Below the pieces are notes generated by a model. The model saw nothing but the letters and a program-made list of their open reading frames with translations. It searched no databases and was not told the DNA's origin. Below are positions 1 through 9,376 of a DNA stretch of 52,946 nt, one piece after another (positions within the stretch are counted from its first letter, which is position 1; every line of letters begins with the position of its first letter). Source of the stretch: a virus. Lineage: Duplodnaviria; Caudoviricetes. The DNA is taken from positions 1 to 52,946 of the IMG/VR virus record IMGVR_UViG_3300037991_003035; one strand, written 5' to 3'. Position numbers and translations under genes: made by a program.

Positions 1-174
1 AATACGCAATCCATTTGTAATATTTTCATCTGGATATATAATATCGTCTAATAATCCACCACTTACTCTACCTTGATTATCAATAATTCTACCAGCACTA
101 CGTACTATCTTATATAATCTAATTTTTTTACCGCTATATATGTATGCGTATGTTTTATTTGTATCGTAGCTCAT
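1..174 (-). CDS. Partial (3'-truncated) structural protein; alternative allele of 51245-51706
   Basis: ATG at 174 overlaps the stop of 171-449; MSYDTNKTYAYIYSGKKIRLYKIVRSAGRIIDNQGRV...YPDENITNGLRI aligns with MSYDTHRNFAYIQSGKYLKLYRVRRNASRIIDSQGRV...YPDENITEGLRI. Confidence 0.8.
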   Translation of the reverse strand, partial: MSYDTNKTYAYIYSGKKIRLYKIVRSAGRIIDNQGRVSGGLLDDIIYPDENITNGLRI

Positions 175-449
175 GGGTTTGTATCCTCAGTAACTAATGG
201 GTCATGTTGCAATCTTCTAATTGCTTTGTATTTATTATCATCTTCAGTATCTAATATACTAACACTTTTTAATGCAATCATACCTGCTGGCAGTGAATAA
301 TCCCTTGTATCTTCAACAATGTTTTGTTTATTTACCGCAGTATCTAACTCATTGTTAGATTGTATCTCTAATATTGCATCTTTAATATACGCAATTACTA
401 AATTAGTATCACGTGAATTTGCTCGTTCCATTACTTCTAAAACTTTCAT
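171..449 (-). CDS. Putative virion/adaptor protein (92 aa); allele of 51703-51981
   Basis: 69/92 identical residues to the 51703-51981 product by manual count; lies downstream of the capsid gene. Confidence 0.7.
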   Translation of the reverse strand: MKVLEVMERANSRDTNLVIAYIKDAILEIQSNNELDTAVNKQNIVEDTRDYSLPAGMIALKSVSILDTEDDNKYKAIRRLQHDPLVTEDTNP

Positions 450-1315
450 TATGTAGTCATTCCTTGTTCTTTACGTTGTGATTGTTGTTGTTGTTCAGGA
501 ACCGCTAATGCTCCAGTTATAGAACGTAATTCAGCAACTGCTCTTTGATAAAATGCAACCGCTTGTTGTAATCTTTGATTAGCTAAACTTAAATCTCCCT
601 GAGATACTTGAATAACTGCATTAGCCATTTCAGGGTCTTCATCTTCTAACCAATGTATAGCACTTAAACTTGTTTTACTTGTAGCATCTACACTAGCATA
701 TCCACCTTCTAATATTTTTTCAGCATCAGATACACTAGCTAATCTTAGCATATCTAAAGAAGCTGCATAATGTAATGCAACATTTTCGTATTCTGATAAT
801 ACCCAATTTTCGGTATTTTCATCAATGATTGGGGGGGCTGAATAAACTACTACTCCTTTATCTCCGCCTGAAGCTGCTACGTTTGTAGAGCTACCCCCTA
901 CTGGTGTGTAAGATTGTTGTGAAGAAGATGCATTATAATCTGGGTCTGGCTTAATAAATATTTTGCCATTTAGTTTATAAAAAACTGGAAACATTTTTGT
1001 TGGTAATGAAAGACTACCAGCTTCATCAGTTGAATGTATAAATTTGTCTGATATTTCTTTAGCTATTCTACGTTTGCTACCTTCATATCTATAGACTGCT
1101 AGTATTTTATCATATGCTACATCAGAACCAGAACCTACTAAACTTGCTCCAGTACTATTCCATCCACTTATTTCAGTTTCAGTAGCAATAGTCCATAACC
1201 ATTTTTCAGGTAATGAAGACATAATAAATTTAGAACCAGCATTAATATACTCAATCAAAAATCTTGCTTTTGAGCTATTCCCAGTAATATTGTTAACTTT
1301 TTCCCACAATTTCAT
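449..1315 (-). CDS. Putative head-tail adaptor/neck protein (288 aa); allele of 51978-52856
   Basis: First gene after the major capsid gene; collinear with 51978-52856; function inferred from position only. Confidence 0.6.
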   Translation of the reverse strand: MKLWEKVNNITGNSSKARFLIEYINAGSKFIMSSLPEKWLWTIATETEISGWNSTGASLVGSGSDVAYDKILAVYRYEGSKRRIAKEISDKFIHSTDEAGSLSLPTKMFPVFYKLNGKIFIKPDPDYNASSSQQSYTPVGGSSTNVAASGGDKGVVVYSAPPIIDENTENWVLSEYENVALHYAASLDMLRLASVSDAEKILEGGYASVDATSKTSLSAIHWLEDEDPEMANAVIQVSQGDLSLANQRLQQAVAFYQRAVAELRSITGALAVPEQQQQSQRKEQGMTT

Positions 1316-1328
1316 AGTTGCATCCTAA

Positions 1329-1405
1329 CGCAGATGAATCCCCCAAGGGAGAAAGGAGGTAAAGAACCTCAGGGGACCATCTACAATTTAGCTATTATTT
1401 CCAAA
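1329..1405. repeat. 77-nt exact repeat of the contig end (52870-52946)
   Basis: CGCAGATGAATCCCCC...TATTATTTCCAAA is identical at both places; the flanking base differs (A1328 vs G52869). Confidence 0.95.
1330..1384 (-). promoter_or_regulatory. Structured intergenic element after the capsid gene containing an anti-Shine-Dalgarno-like sequence
   Basis: Minus strand GUAGAUG-G-UCCCCU-GAGGU-ucuuu-ACCUC-cuuucucccuu-GGGGGA-uu-CAUCUGC forms nested stems and contains ACCUCCUUUCU. Confidence 0.6.
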
Positions 1406-2990
1406 TAGCGTGTGATTCTGGCATCATAAATTCAAAACCAGCTTCTGTTAATATGATGTCTACTCTCTTGTCAACACCTGTGTTTTCAAGATTTTGAACT
1501 CCTACGTATACCGCAGTATCTCTATTAACTCCATTACCAACTAGTGGTCTGTAAGCTACGTTGTTCATGTTTAACGCTAGAATCTTGACATCAGTACTAT
1601 CTAAAGCAACACATCTTGCGATGTTCATGCTACCATAAACAGTAGAGATTTCAGTTACATCTAGTCCCATTACTTTCTTTCTACCTGTAACGGCTAGGTC
1701 AGCACTAAATAGTCCATGTGCTGCTACATTTTCACTGGCTGCTGCATTTTGAGTTACAACGTTACCAATTCCAATGTTGTTCTTAAAGAATCCACCAATT
1801 TTGTGGAACCAAGTGTAAACCGCAGTACTACACATGTAAACTGTAGCTTGGTCTTGGTTGTATCTTGGGTCTTGGTATTGTGACATATCTTGCAAGAAAT
1901 CATCAATTGTTTTCGTTGCTAATGATAAGTCAAATATATTACCATAGTTAAGAACATAGTCAACAGCACCTTGTGTGTGTTGCACACTATCTAGTGATGC
2001 TTGAGTACTAAATAAACCAGCGTGTTCAATTTCCCACTTGTGTTCAATTAGTTTTTCTTTCCATGTTCTAGCCCACTCATTTGGTTCGTATTTAAGAGCA
2101 GTTGCTCTAGCTGTATTTGTCATACCAAACTCAGTTCTAAAAATCTGTGTTTGTCCAAATCCAGTAGAATATGGGTTATCTTTAAAGCTTTCATCAGCTA
2201 ATCCAGAACCTTCTCCGTAAGAAGTACCTACAACATAAGTTCTTTTAGCTTCTAAAGCTTCAGCTACATCTAAGTTGTATACTTCTAAAACTGGTTTGTT
2301 TCCTGAAAAACTTGCTAATTCGCCAGCTGCTGAAGTTCTAAGAACTTTACCAACTACTTTTTTCATTTCACCAGTAGCGTCTCCGCCCATAGCGTTAGCT
2401 GAAAGGTCAATTGCTGTTTGAGCTGAAACAGAAGCAACCTTAACAAGTAAGTAGTCTGAAACTGCTCCACCACCACTTACTGAAGACATAGGAACTTTAA
2501 GGATTTGATTTTTCATAATCCACTCAGGTGCTGTACCTGAATCTCCTACTTTGATTTGTCCGTTAGATTGACCTTTAATATTTTGAATATTACCAGCACT
2601 AAAGTAATCAGTAGCCATAATTAATTCTACTGTTGCTCCTGCTGATAACGCACCATTTGAATTACTTTTTAATGTAGCATCATCAAGTTTGTCTGTTGAG
2701 CCATTATCAAATCCAACTACGTATGCGTATCTTTTGTGAAAAGAATGTCTCTTTTCGGTAAACTTAAACTGGGGGTCATCAGTTGGTTTTTTAGCCAATG
2801 AAGAAACCAATCTAAAAAATGGAGTTTGGTCAATTGCCAATTCTCCGAATCTTTCAGAAAAGTCGTATCTTCTACGTAAATCTCCTGTCGCTAGTGAAGA
2901 ACCATTTGATGCCGCAAAACCCTGGGTTAAGTCTGTACTTGCTGACAAAGCCAATGGCGTTGCAGCTGGGTAACTTGTATCTGTTGGCAT
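1395..2990 (-). CDS. Major capsid protein (HK97 fold, podovirus type)
   Basis: 531 aa after portal and scaffold; TPFFRLV...FKFTEKRH...GQTQIFRTEFGMTNTARAT...EHKWEIE pattern typical of this capsid family. Confidence 0.85.
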   Translation of the reverse strand: MPTDTSYPAATPLALSASTDLTQGFAASNGSSLATGDLRRRYDFSERFGELAIDQTPFFRLVSSLAKKPTDDPQFKFTEKRHSFHKRYAYVVGFDNGSTDKLDDATLKSNSNGALSAGATVELIMATDYFSAGNIQNIKGQSNGQIKVGDSGTAPEWIMKNQILKVPMSSVSGGGAVSDYLLVKVASVSAQTAIDLSANAMGGDATGEMKKVVGKVLRTSAAGELASFSGNKPVLEVYNLDVAEALEAKRTYVVGTSYGEGSGLADESFKDNPYSTGFGQTQIFRTEFGMTNTARATALKYEPNEWARTWKEKLIEHKWEIEHAGLFSTQASLDSVQHTQGAVDYVLNYGNIFDLSLATKTIDDFLQDMSQYQDPRYNQDQATVYMCSTAVYTWFHKIGGFFKNNIGIGNVVTQNAAASENVAAHGLFSADLAVTGRKKVMGLDVTEISTVYGSMNIARCVALDSTDVKILALNMNNVAYRPLVGNGVNRDTAVYVGVQNLENTGVDKRVDIILTEAGFEFMMPESHAIWK

Positions 2991-3020
2991 ATCTGCCTCC
3001 CGTTGTTTGTTGAGTTATTA

Positions 3021-3887
3021 TTACATCAATTTGTCTAACCCAGTTCCCTCAGATAGCAACTTATCAAAAACGGCATCGTCTACTGATTTTTCTTCTCTTT
3101 GTGCATTCCCGCTTGATGCTACGCTTGTAGGCATTTGTCTAACATTTTTCATTTGTTGTATTACTTCGTTTCTAGTGTTATTAGCGACCTCTTGGTCTCT
3201 ATTGTTTCTATTTTTTAAATAATACACATCTTCCAATGTTAGTCTATGAGACTTTGCATAATCCATTAAATCTTTGTAGTCTTCTTCTGAAACATTATAT
3301 TGACTTTTAAAAGCCGTTTCTTCTGAAGCTCTACGTGATTGCTCAGATTGTTTTCTTGCAAAATCACCTAACCTTCTTTGTACAACTCCATCTACTGTTG
3401 CATTAAACAACTTTGCAGATTGAGAGTTAGGGTCTGACAAAGCATCGTCATAATCAAAAACGAAATCTTCGTCTAAGCCAAGTTGCTCTTTTACGCTCTT
3501 GGGAGCTGAGCCACCGCCCTCAAAATAACCTCTCACATGAGTGATTAAATTAGGGTCCTCTTTCATTGCATTGAGTAAAGGCATATATGGTTCTAAGTCT
3601 TGCAATTGATTGTTAAGTCTTTTTGCTTCTCTTGACGAATCACTATATCGCTTTTCCCAATCTACTGAATTTACTTCAGTATTTCGCTCTGCAACAGGGT
3701 CCTGATTTGGAGTTGTCTGTTCTACTTGAGCTTCTACATCTGGCTGTTCTACCACTTCACCCATAACTTGTCTATCAAGCTGAGAAAAAAAATCTTCAGC
3801 CACAGTATCGTTCTCAGTAGGGGTTACATTATTAGATTCTGCACGTTGTGCGTCATCTACTAGTAAGTTATCCTTGTTATTGTCCAT
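3021..3887 (-). CDS. Capsid scaffolding protein
   Basis: Acidic and helical; DWEKRYSDSSREAKRL motif; located between portal and capsid genes. Confidence 0.75.
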   Translation of the reverse strand: MDNNKDNLLVDDAQRAESNNVTPTENDTVAEDFFSQLDRQVMGEVVEQPDVEAQVEQTTPNQDPVAERNTEVNSVDWEKRYSDSSREAKRLNNQLQDLEPYMPLLNAMKEDPNLITHVRGYFEGGGSAPKSVKEQLGLDEDFVFDYDDALSDPNSQSAKLFNATVDGVVQRRLGDFARKQSEQSRRASEETAFKSQYNVSEEDYKDLMDYAKSHRLTLEDVYYLKNRNNRDQEVANNTRNEVIQQMKNVRQMPTSVASSGNAQREEKSVDDAVFDKLLSEGTGLDKLM

Positions 3888-3907
3888 ACTGTATTTCTCC
3901 TTCTAAT

Positions 3908-6145
3908 TTACTGTACGTTTTTTTCATTATCAACATTTTCTTGTTGAATTTCTTCTTTTGTCTGTTCATACAAATCTTTAAGTTTACTTTGTAGTATTTT
4001 TTGGTCTTGTTGTGTTTGCATTACTGCTTTAGTTGAATCTATAGAACCTTGATTAACTTTATCTTTAATACCAGCTTGTACTATTTGTCTTTCAAGTGTT
4101 TCTATTGTACCATCTCTACTTTTTATAGCATCTTCTAAAGATGCAACTTGTGATTGTAGTTGACTATAAATGCTTTTACGTTCCATTAATTGTTTTTTGT
4201 TTCTTATATCTGTTTGTTCAATCATTGCTACATCATCTATTAATCCTGATTGATACCATCTAAAATATTCATCTAACAATGCCCAACGATTTATAGGTTG
4301 TGTTGAACCTGCTACTATTCTTACATCATATTTAGATGATTGAAAATCATTATATCTACTAACTACTTTACCAAAATCATTATAAATTGGTATGTTAATA
4401 GACACTTCTTGAACTTCTCCTTGTGAAGCTCCAGCTTCTGGTTGAACAATTCTAAATACTTTTTGCGCAGTATATGTAAATTGAGCCATTACTTTAAAAA
4501 CTTTACCAACTTGCTCTAATGCTGGTTCTACGCAATTATTAATCCATTGTCTAATTCTTCTTGTACCATATTCATCCATAGCTAATAAACCACGATAAGT
4601 TTCTGTGCTTGGTTGTCCTATTCCTTGCATACTAGAAGATATACCGCTTATATATTCTATGTCTGCTTTACCAGTTTGAGTAATATTAAAAAATGCATTG
4701 TTTATAGGAGCTGGTTGTACTGGAGTAGGTATTTGAAACCCTTGCCTATATTTTAACATAGCTCCAGGACTACTTGAATATTGTTCCCATTCTTCTTCAT
4801 CTACACTACCCTCAGTATATAACCATCTAAGATTAGATGCTAAGTTTGCATTGTGTAACATAATTTGATGTGCTTTATTTATTTCTCTTTGCTTACCAAT
4901 CATAGGAGTTACAGCTCCTACTGGATATGGTGTACCAGTATGTGTATAAGGTATTGGTACAATAGGATAATCTTCTATAGGTAATATTGCTTCATATAAA
5001 TACATATCACCTACTGATGCACACATTTTAATTTGTGTTTTAAAAAACTCAACAGAGTCTACTACTAATTTAGCAAATTCTTTATTTTTTAAACTATCAT
5101 CAAAAAGTTTTTTATCCATTACTTGTTGAACAACTCTTGTTTGTAATTGTGTTAATTCAGCTTCAATTAAAGCTTGTTGTTCTGAAATTTTATTTTCCAT
5201 TTCTTGCATTAGTTTTTGCATTTCTAATTGTTTTCTTTCAGGCAATATTTCTTCTGCTTCAACTAATTTGTCTAATTCTAATTCTTTTTCTTTTAATTGT
5301 ACGCTAAGATTGTTTTGCAAATCTTTAGTTTGCTTTTCCGCTTGTTGTTTAATAGAAATAATTTCTTCATCAGAAGGAGGTTGTTTTATAAACACATTAA
5401 CAAAAGGAACTTTTTCTTTAGAATATACTTCATAAAAATCTAAAATTTCATCTTGCTCCCCTTCTAGTGTGTATGCTTCATATTCTACATCACCTGGTTG
5501 TATTGTTTCTGAGTCATGTATATCTCTAAAAGAATATTGTTTACTTTGTACATTACCAGTAGCTCTAACAATTTTTCTTTTGTATTGTGGAAATAATTTA
5601 ATTAAAGCTGTTTTAGGTAAATTCTTTTGTACCATAATATAAGACGCATCTCTAAATAAAAAGTCTCTACTCATAGGGTCTACATAAACATCATAAGGGT
5701 CTATGCTATCGTACATGACTTCCCCCGCACCATTATCAGCATTAGAATCAATATTTATTTTAAAAAACCCGCAACCTTTGACTAAAGAATCTTGTATAAC
5801 ATTACTAAAAACACTTTTTCCGTCTGATAAATGCCAACAATAATCTGCTACAGCACTATGTACATTTGCTATATCTATGTCGCTACCTTCTACTCCAACT
5901 GCTTGCCATCTAGGATTATTAGCTGTAACAAAAAACTTCATAATATCTACAGCTGGTGTAATACGATTAATAATAAAATCAGGCATCCCTGATTCTTGTA
6001 AATTTTCTTTTTCTTCAGCAGTTAATTGTTCATTTAAATAAAAATCCATGCTTTTTTGTGAATCGCTAAACCATTTTTTTCTATGATAATTATTAGCTTT
6101 TTTAAAAAGTTGTCTATTTATTTCTGCTTTGCTTTTACGTGCCAT
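3908..6145 (-). CDS. Portal protein (P22-like)
   Basis: 745 aa; DFYLNEQLT...INRITPAV, GKQREINK, coiled-coil insert; downstream of TerL. Confidence 0.85.
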   Translation of the reverse strand: MARKSKAEINRQLFKKANNYHRKKWFSDSQKSMDFYLNEQLTAEEKENLQESGMPDFIINRITPAVDIMKFFVTANNPRWQAVGVEGSDIDIANVHSAVADYCWHLSDGKSVFSNVIQDSLVKGCGFFKINIDSNADNGAGEVMYDSIDPYDVYVDPMSRDFLFRDASYIMVQKNLPKTALIKLFPQYKRKIVRATGNVQSKQYSFRDIHDSETIQPGDVEYEAYTLEGEQDEILDFYEVYSKEKVPFVNVFIKQPPSDEEIISIKQQAEKQTKDLQNNLSVQLKEKELELDKLVEAEEILPERKQLEMQKLMQEMENKISEQQALIEAELTQLQTRVVQQVMDKKLFDDSLKNKEFAKLVVDSVEFFKTQIKMCASVGDMYLYEAILPIEDYPIVPIPYTHTGTPYPVGAVTPMIGKQREINKAHQIMLHNANLASNLRWLYTEGSVDEEEWEQYSSSPGAMLKYRQGFQIPTPVQPAPINNAFFNITQTGKADIEYISGISSSMQGIGQPSTETYRGLLAMDEYGTRRIRQWINNCVEPALEQVGKVFKVMAQFTYTAQKVFRIVQPEAGASQGEVQEVSINIPIYNDFGKVVSRYNDFQSSKYDVRIVAGSTQPINRWALLDEYFRWYQSGLIDDVAMIEQTDIRNKKQLMERKSIYSQLQSQVASLEDAIKSRDGTIETLERQIVQAGIKDKVNQGSIDSTKAVMQTQQDQKILQSKLKDLYEQTKEEIQQENVDNEKNVQ

Positions 6146-6146
6146 A

Positions 6147-6539
6147 TTAATCCCTTATTTCAAAATGTGGTAAATCGTCAAAATTATTATCTTTTAACTC
6201 AGTATCTCTATCCCAATCTCCACCCCAACGTATAGTTAATCCCATTGAAGCCGCAATACCCATAACGAATCCAGCAAAATATGTAAAGCGTTCTCTATCT
6301 TTCCAATCTATAGGATAAGGTGCTACATCTACAGCTAATGAAGGATATTGGTTATGTCTACCTTTAGGGTATTTTAATTTGCTAAAACCTTTTTCAAACA
6401 ATTCGTTTTGTTCTTTTTCTCCACGATGTCCTTGCAATACTGAGCAATCAAAATCTTCAACTACTCTTTCAAATAATTCTATTAATCTTGGGTCGCAAGT
6501 ATTTAATCTTTCTTGTGATTTTTTTCCAAACTTAGGCAT
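6147..6539 (-). CDS. Endolysin, M15-family Zn peptidase (L-Ala-D-Glu type)
   Basis: GHR..EQ, RHNQYPSLAVD (H-x6-D), WGGDW and DLPHFE motifs. Confidence 0.9.
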   Translation of the reverse strand: MPKFGKKSQERLNTCDPRLIELFERVVEDFDCSVLQGHRGEKEQNELFEKGFSKLKYPKGRHNQYPSLAVDVAPYPIDWKDRERFTYFAGFVMGIAASMGLTIRWGGDWDRDTELKDNNFDDLPHFEIRD

Positions 6540-6958
6540 TATTGTCCCTTTATATATTTAAATAATTTATCCATCAAATCTATTTCTTTAATTTTATTAC
6601 CAAAAGATTCTTTCATTTCTTGCATAGAATCTATAGGAGATTTTCTATCTTCTTTGTATAAACTTTGATATTCTTCATCAGACATTTGCTCTCTAAAATT
6701 ATCTCCATATTCTTCCCACATTTCATACTCACCTGTTAACATGAGGTCAGCTGGTAATCCTACTTTTTTTCTATAACCATAAACCTCTATGTCAGCTAAA
6801 GACATTCCAGCGTCTTCTAATTTAGATAATGTATTTTCAGCTTCTATTGTTTCTGCTCCTTCTACACCATCTATTTTTCCTTCATACAAATTTAAATCTT
6901 TTAATCTTTCTTGTATTACTTTTGTTTCTTCAGAACTTCTTTTTTTATCTTGTATCAT
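6539..6958 (-). CDS. Protein with an N-terminal peptidoglycan-binding-like domain
   Basis: TKVIQERLKDLNLYEGKIDGVEGAETIEA resembles the PG_binding_1 consensus (lQ..L...g.y.g.iDG.fG..T..A). Confidence 0.55.
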   Translation of the reverse strand: MIQDKKRSSEETKVIQERLKDLNLYEGKIDGVEGAETIEAENTLSKLEDAGMSLADIEVYGYRKKVGLPADLMLTGEYEMWEEYGDNFREQMSDEEYQSLYKEDRKSPIDSMQEMKESFGNKIKEIDLMDKLFKYIKGQ

Positions 6959-8526
6959 GCTATTATCCAGCTTTTTGCTTTACGTTTTGGTTTATACCAT
7001 TTTGGTTTTTCTGCGTTATTACTTGCATGATTTGGCGGATATGCGTGTAAATTTGCATAATAAAGTGCTTCAATTGTGTCATCATGAGCCATTCTTGGTC
7101 CAAAAGTTACAATTTCGTTAACCAAATCAAACATATTTTCTCTTAAATATAAGGAACCTACAGAAAAAATACCAGATAAACCTGAATAAATTCTGTTTCT
7201 TTTTTGTTGTCCACCTGGTTTTTCAGGTATTACAGCTATATCGTAACGATTAATTCTTCTTCTTTCATCGTTTAATGCTTGCAGAATACTACGATTCATA
7301 GCAACATCTTCTACTGTAGCTTGTTTACAATTATATTTTTTGTATGCTTCAATAATATAATCTACTACACCTTTTTTGTCTATAATGTTTCCATCAACAT
7401 CTTTTGCTCCCAATGTAGGAATACTACGATGACGTTCATATTCTAATACATAACGATTATTATTTGCATCAACTGCAATTACCATAATTACACTAAAGTC
7501 TGCATTTTTTGTATTAATGTCTGTTGCTGGGTCGCATCCAATAAATGTATTTACAGGAGTTCTAACACCATCTACATTTATATATCCTTGTTTTTCTCCA
7601 TCATCAAACTCGTAATATCCTTCCCAATATTTAACGTGTTTTCTACCCCAAACTGAATCTTCTTCAGATTGTACTTCCATCATATATTCTTGAAAAAACT
7701 TACTAGGCGTTCCACTATCTTGGTAAAACTTTTTCTTTTCTTCTAACTTAGATAAAGGAAACCAACTATCCCATAATGATGTTCCGTCTGGTTGAATTGC
7801 TTTGTAAGTAATTACTCTCCACGCAAAATCATCTTTGCTTTTTTTACTACGCTCATAATTAATGATGAGGTTATTGATAAAGCTATCATAGTGCACAGGA
7901 GTACCATTGACCCGAAGACGACCAGTATGAGGCTCAATAGCAGGATAAACAACAGCAGTAACGAGATTGCTATTTTTAGCCCGTGCTTCAGCTGTGATAG
8001 TATTTGCTTCGTGTTCAAAGTCGTCAAGAATGATGAGGTCGTATCTTTTGTGTAATTTAGCACCCCCTCTAATACCCGCAACATTCGATTTACTAATAAG
8101 TTTACATCCATTGGCTAACTCCACATCTTCTTCTGTCCATTTTTTTCCCTTCAAACTACCAAAGTAGTATTTTATTTTTTCATTGTATTCAAAGTGGTAC
8201 TTAATATAATCCATATTACCAGTACTTAATTTTTGCGTTGCTGATACCCAAGCGTAAAACAACATATCATCTTTTGGACAAAAACAAAAATCTTTAATAA
8301 TAGAACATTTAGTTAACACAGTTTTTCCGTGTCCTCTAGGTAAAATAACAGCTAATTGTTTTACACTATTATCATCAATAGCATCAGCCATTTCGTAATG
8401 AAATGGAGGTGTTTCACTCCTCATGAAATCATCGGGAAGAAAAAGTTTACCAAAAGCTATTAAGTCTTTACTTGCTAGTTTTAGTGCTTTTTCTGCTTTG
8501 CTTACGTTGTTCTTGTTTATGTTCAT
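6955..8526 (-). CDS. terL: Terminase large subunit
   Basis: Walker A PRGHGKT, Walker B LIILDDFE, NGTP coupling motif, nuclease GCDPA and HDDTIEAL. Confidence 0.95.
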   Translation of the reverse strand: MNINKNNVSKAEKALKLASKDLIAFGKLFLPDDFMRSETPPFHYEMADAIDDNSVKQLAVILPRGHGKTVLTKCSIIKDFCFCPKDDMLFYAWVSATQKLSTGNMDYIKYHFEYNEKIKYYFGSLKGKKWTEEDVELANGCKLISKSNVAGIRGGAKLHKRYDLIILDDFEHEANTITAEARAKNSNLVTAVVYPAIEPHTGRLRVNGTPVHYDSFINNLIINYERSKKSKDDFAWRVITYKAIQPDGTSLWDSWFPLSKLEEKKKFYQDSGTPSKFFQEYMMEVQSEEDSVWGRKHVKYWEGYYEFDDGEKQGYINVDGVRTPVNTFIGCDPATDINTKNADFSVIMVIAVDANNNRYVLEYERHRSIPTLGAKDVDGNIIDKKGVVDYIIEAYKKYNCKQATVEDVAMNRSILQALNDERRRINRYDIAVIPEKPGGQQKRNRIYSGLSGIFSVGSLYLRENMFDLVNEIVTFGPRMAHDDTIEALYYANLHAYPPNHASNNAEKPKWYKPKRKAKSWIIA

Positions 8527-8695
8527 TTTCCATGAACTCTACGAATTTGTCTTTGTCTTTTTTCATAACGATATATTTATCTAAGATATTATCTATCATT
8601 ACAATATGTTGTTGAAGTTGCATAAGGTGTAGCTCTATGCCTTTTATAGCACGAACCATATCGCCTTTAGTTACCCCTTTTCTTTGTATCGGCAT
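8468..8695 (-). CDS. Hypothetical protein (75 aa)
   Basis: AGGAG RBS; co-oriented, overlapping the TerL start. Confidence 0.6.
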   Translation of the reverse strand: MPIQRKGVTKGDMVRAIKGIELHLMQLQQHIVMIDNILDKYIVMKKDKDKFVEFMENEHKQEQRKQSRKSTKTSK

Positions 8696-8701
8696 AATCT
8701 C

Positions 8702-8968
8702 CTACCATTTAACTTTATTAGCCCAATAAGCTGCTGACATCTTACCTTTTTTAATATTTTTTCTATGTCTAGCTTTAAACGATTTAGCTCTTTTAGTCAT
8801 AGTTCTATCACCAGTTTTGCCTTGTTGACCAAATCTTATAGTTTTAATTTTACTACCTTCTTTTGCTACAACAATGTGTGATTTTGTTTTGTGACCAGGA
8901 GTTCGTTTAGGTTTATTATAACCTGATACACCAGCTCTTTTGAGTCTTGGGTCTTTTTTTCTACTCAT
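8702..8968 (-). CDS. Small highly basic protein (88 aa)
   Basis: K/R-rich; KTIRFGQQG...KSFKARH...SAAYWANKVKW is a pattern I recall from marine phages. Confidence 0.75.
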   Translation of the reverse strand: MSRKKDPRLKRAGVSGYNKPKRTPGHKTKSHIVVAKEGSKIKTIRFGQQGKTGDRTMTKRAKSFKARHRKNIKKGKMSAAYWANKVKW

Positions 8969-9105
8969 TTTCCTTGTCCTCTATAACGTTTTTTATAATA
9001 GTTTTTACTACCTTTAGTCCCATATTTTGTTCTATGGCTTTGACCTTGCCTGGTTTTTTTCTTACCATTTGTGTGTCTTTTAACTTGTGGTCGTAAACCT
9101 CTCAT
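8965..9105 (-). CDS. Small basic peptide (46 aa; not in ORF track)
   Basis: MRGLRPQVKRHTNGKKKTRQGQSHRTKYGTKGSKNYYKKRYRGQGK; ATGA overlaps with both neighbours. Confidence 0.7.
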   Translation of the reverse strand: MRGLRPQVKRHTNGKKKTRQGQSHRTKYGTKGSKNYYKKRYRGQGK

Positions 9106-9284
9106 CGTTTCTTTTTACGCTTTTTAGCAGTTTTAGCGGCTCTTTTAAAATTAGCTGCAGTAGGAGCGCCTTTGCTTCCAGGTTTTCTCATACGTTCACC
9201 TGAACCTGCTTTAATACGTCTACGCTTAGCGTGTATGTTAGCGTATAATCCTTTTTTCTTACTTTTTCTTTTTTTTACTGGCAC
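9102..9284 (-). CDS. Small basic protein (60 aa; true start uncertain)
   Basis: KKGLYANIHAKRRRIKAGSGERMRKPGSKGAPTAANFKRAAKTAKK. Confidence 0.7.
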   Translation of the reverse strand: MPVKKRKSKKKGLYANIHAKRRRIKAGSGERMRKPGSKGAPTAANFKRAAKTAKKRKKKR

Positions 9285-9375
9285 GTTTTTTCATTCCTTT
9301 TTTTCTACCTGCAGCTTTTGCTTTCTTAGAGGGTCTACCTCTTTTGCTTCCGTAAGTACCTTTTCCATATGGCAT
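9259..9375 (-). CDS. AT-hook-like basic peptide (38 aa; not in ORF track)
   Basis: MPYGKGTYGSKRGRPSKKAKAAGRKKGMKKRASKKKKK; GGAG RBS; KRGRP AT-hook core. Confidence 0.7.
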   Translation of the reverse strand: MPYGKGTYGSKRGRPSKKAKAAGRKKGMKKRASKKKKK

Positions 9376-9376
9376 T

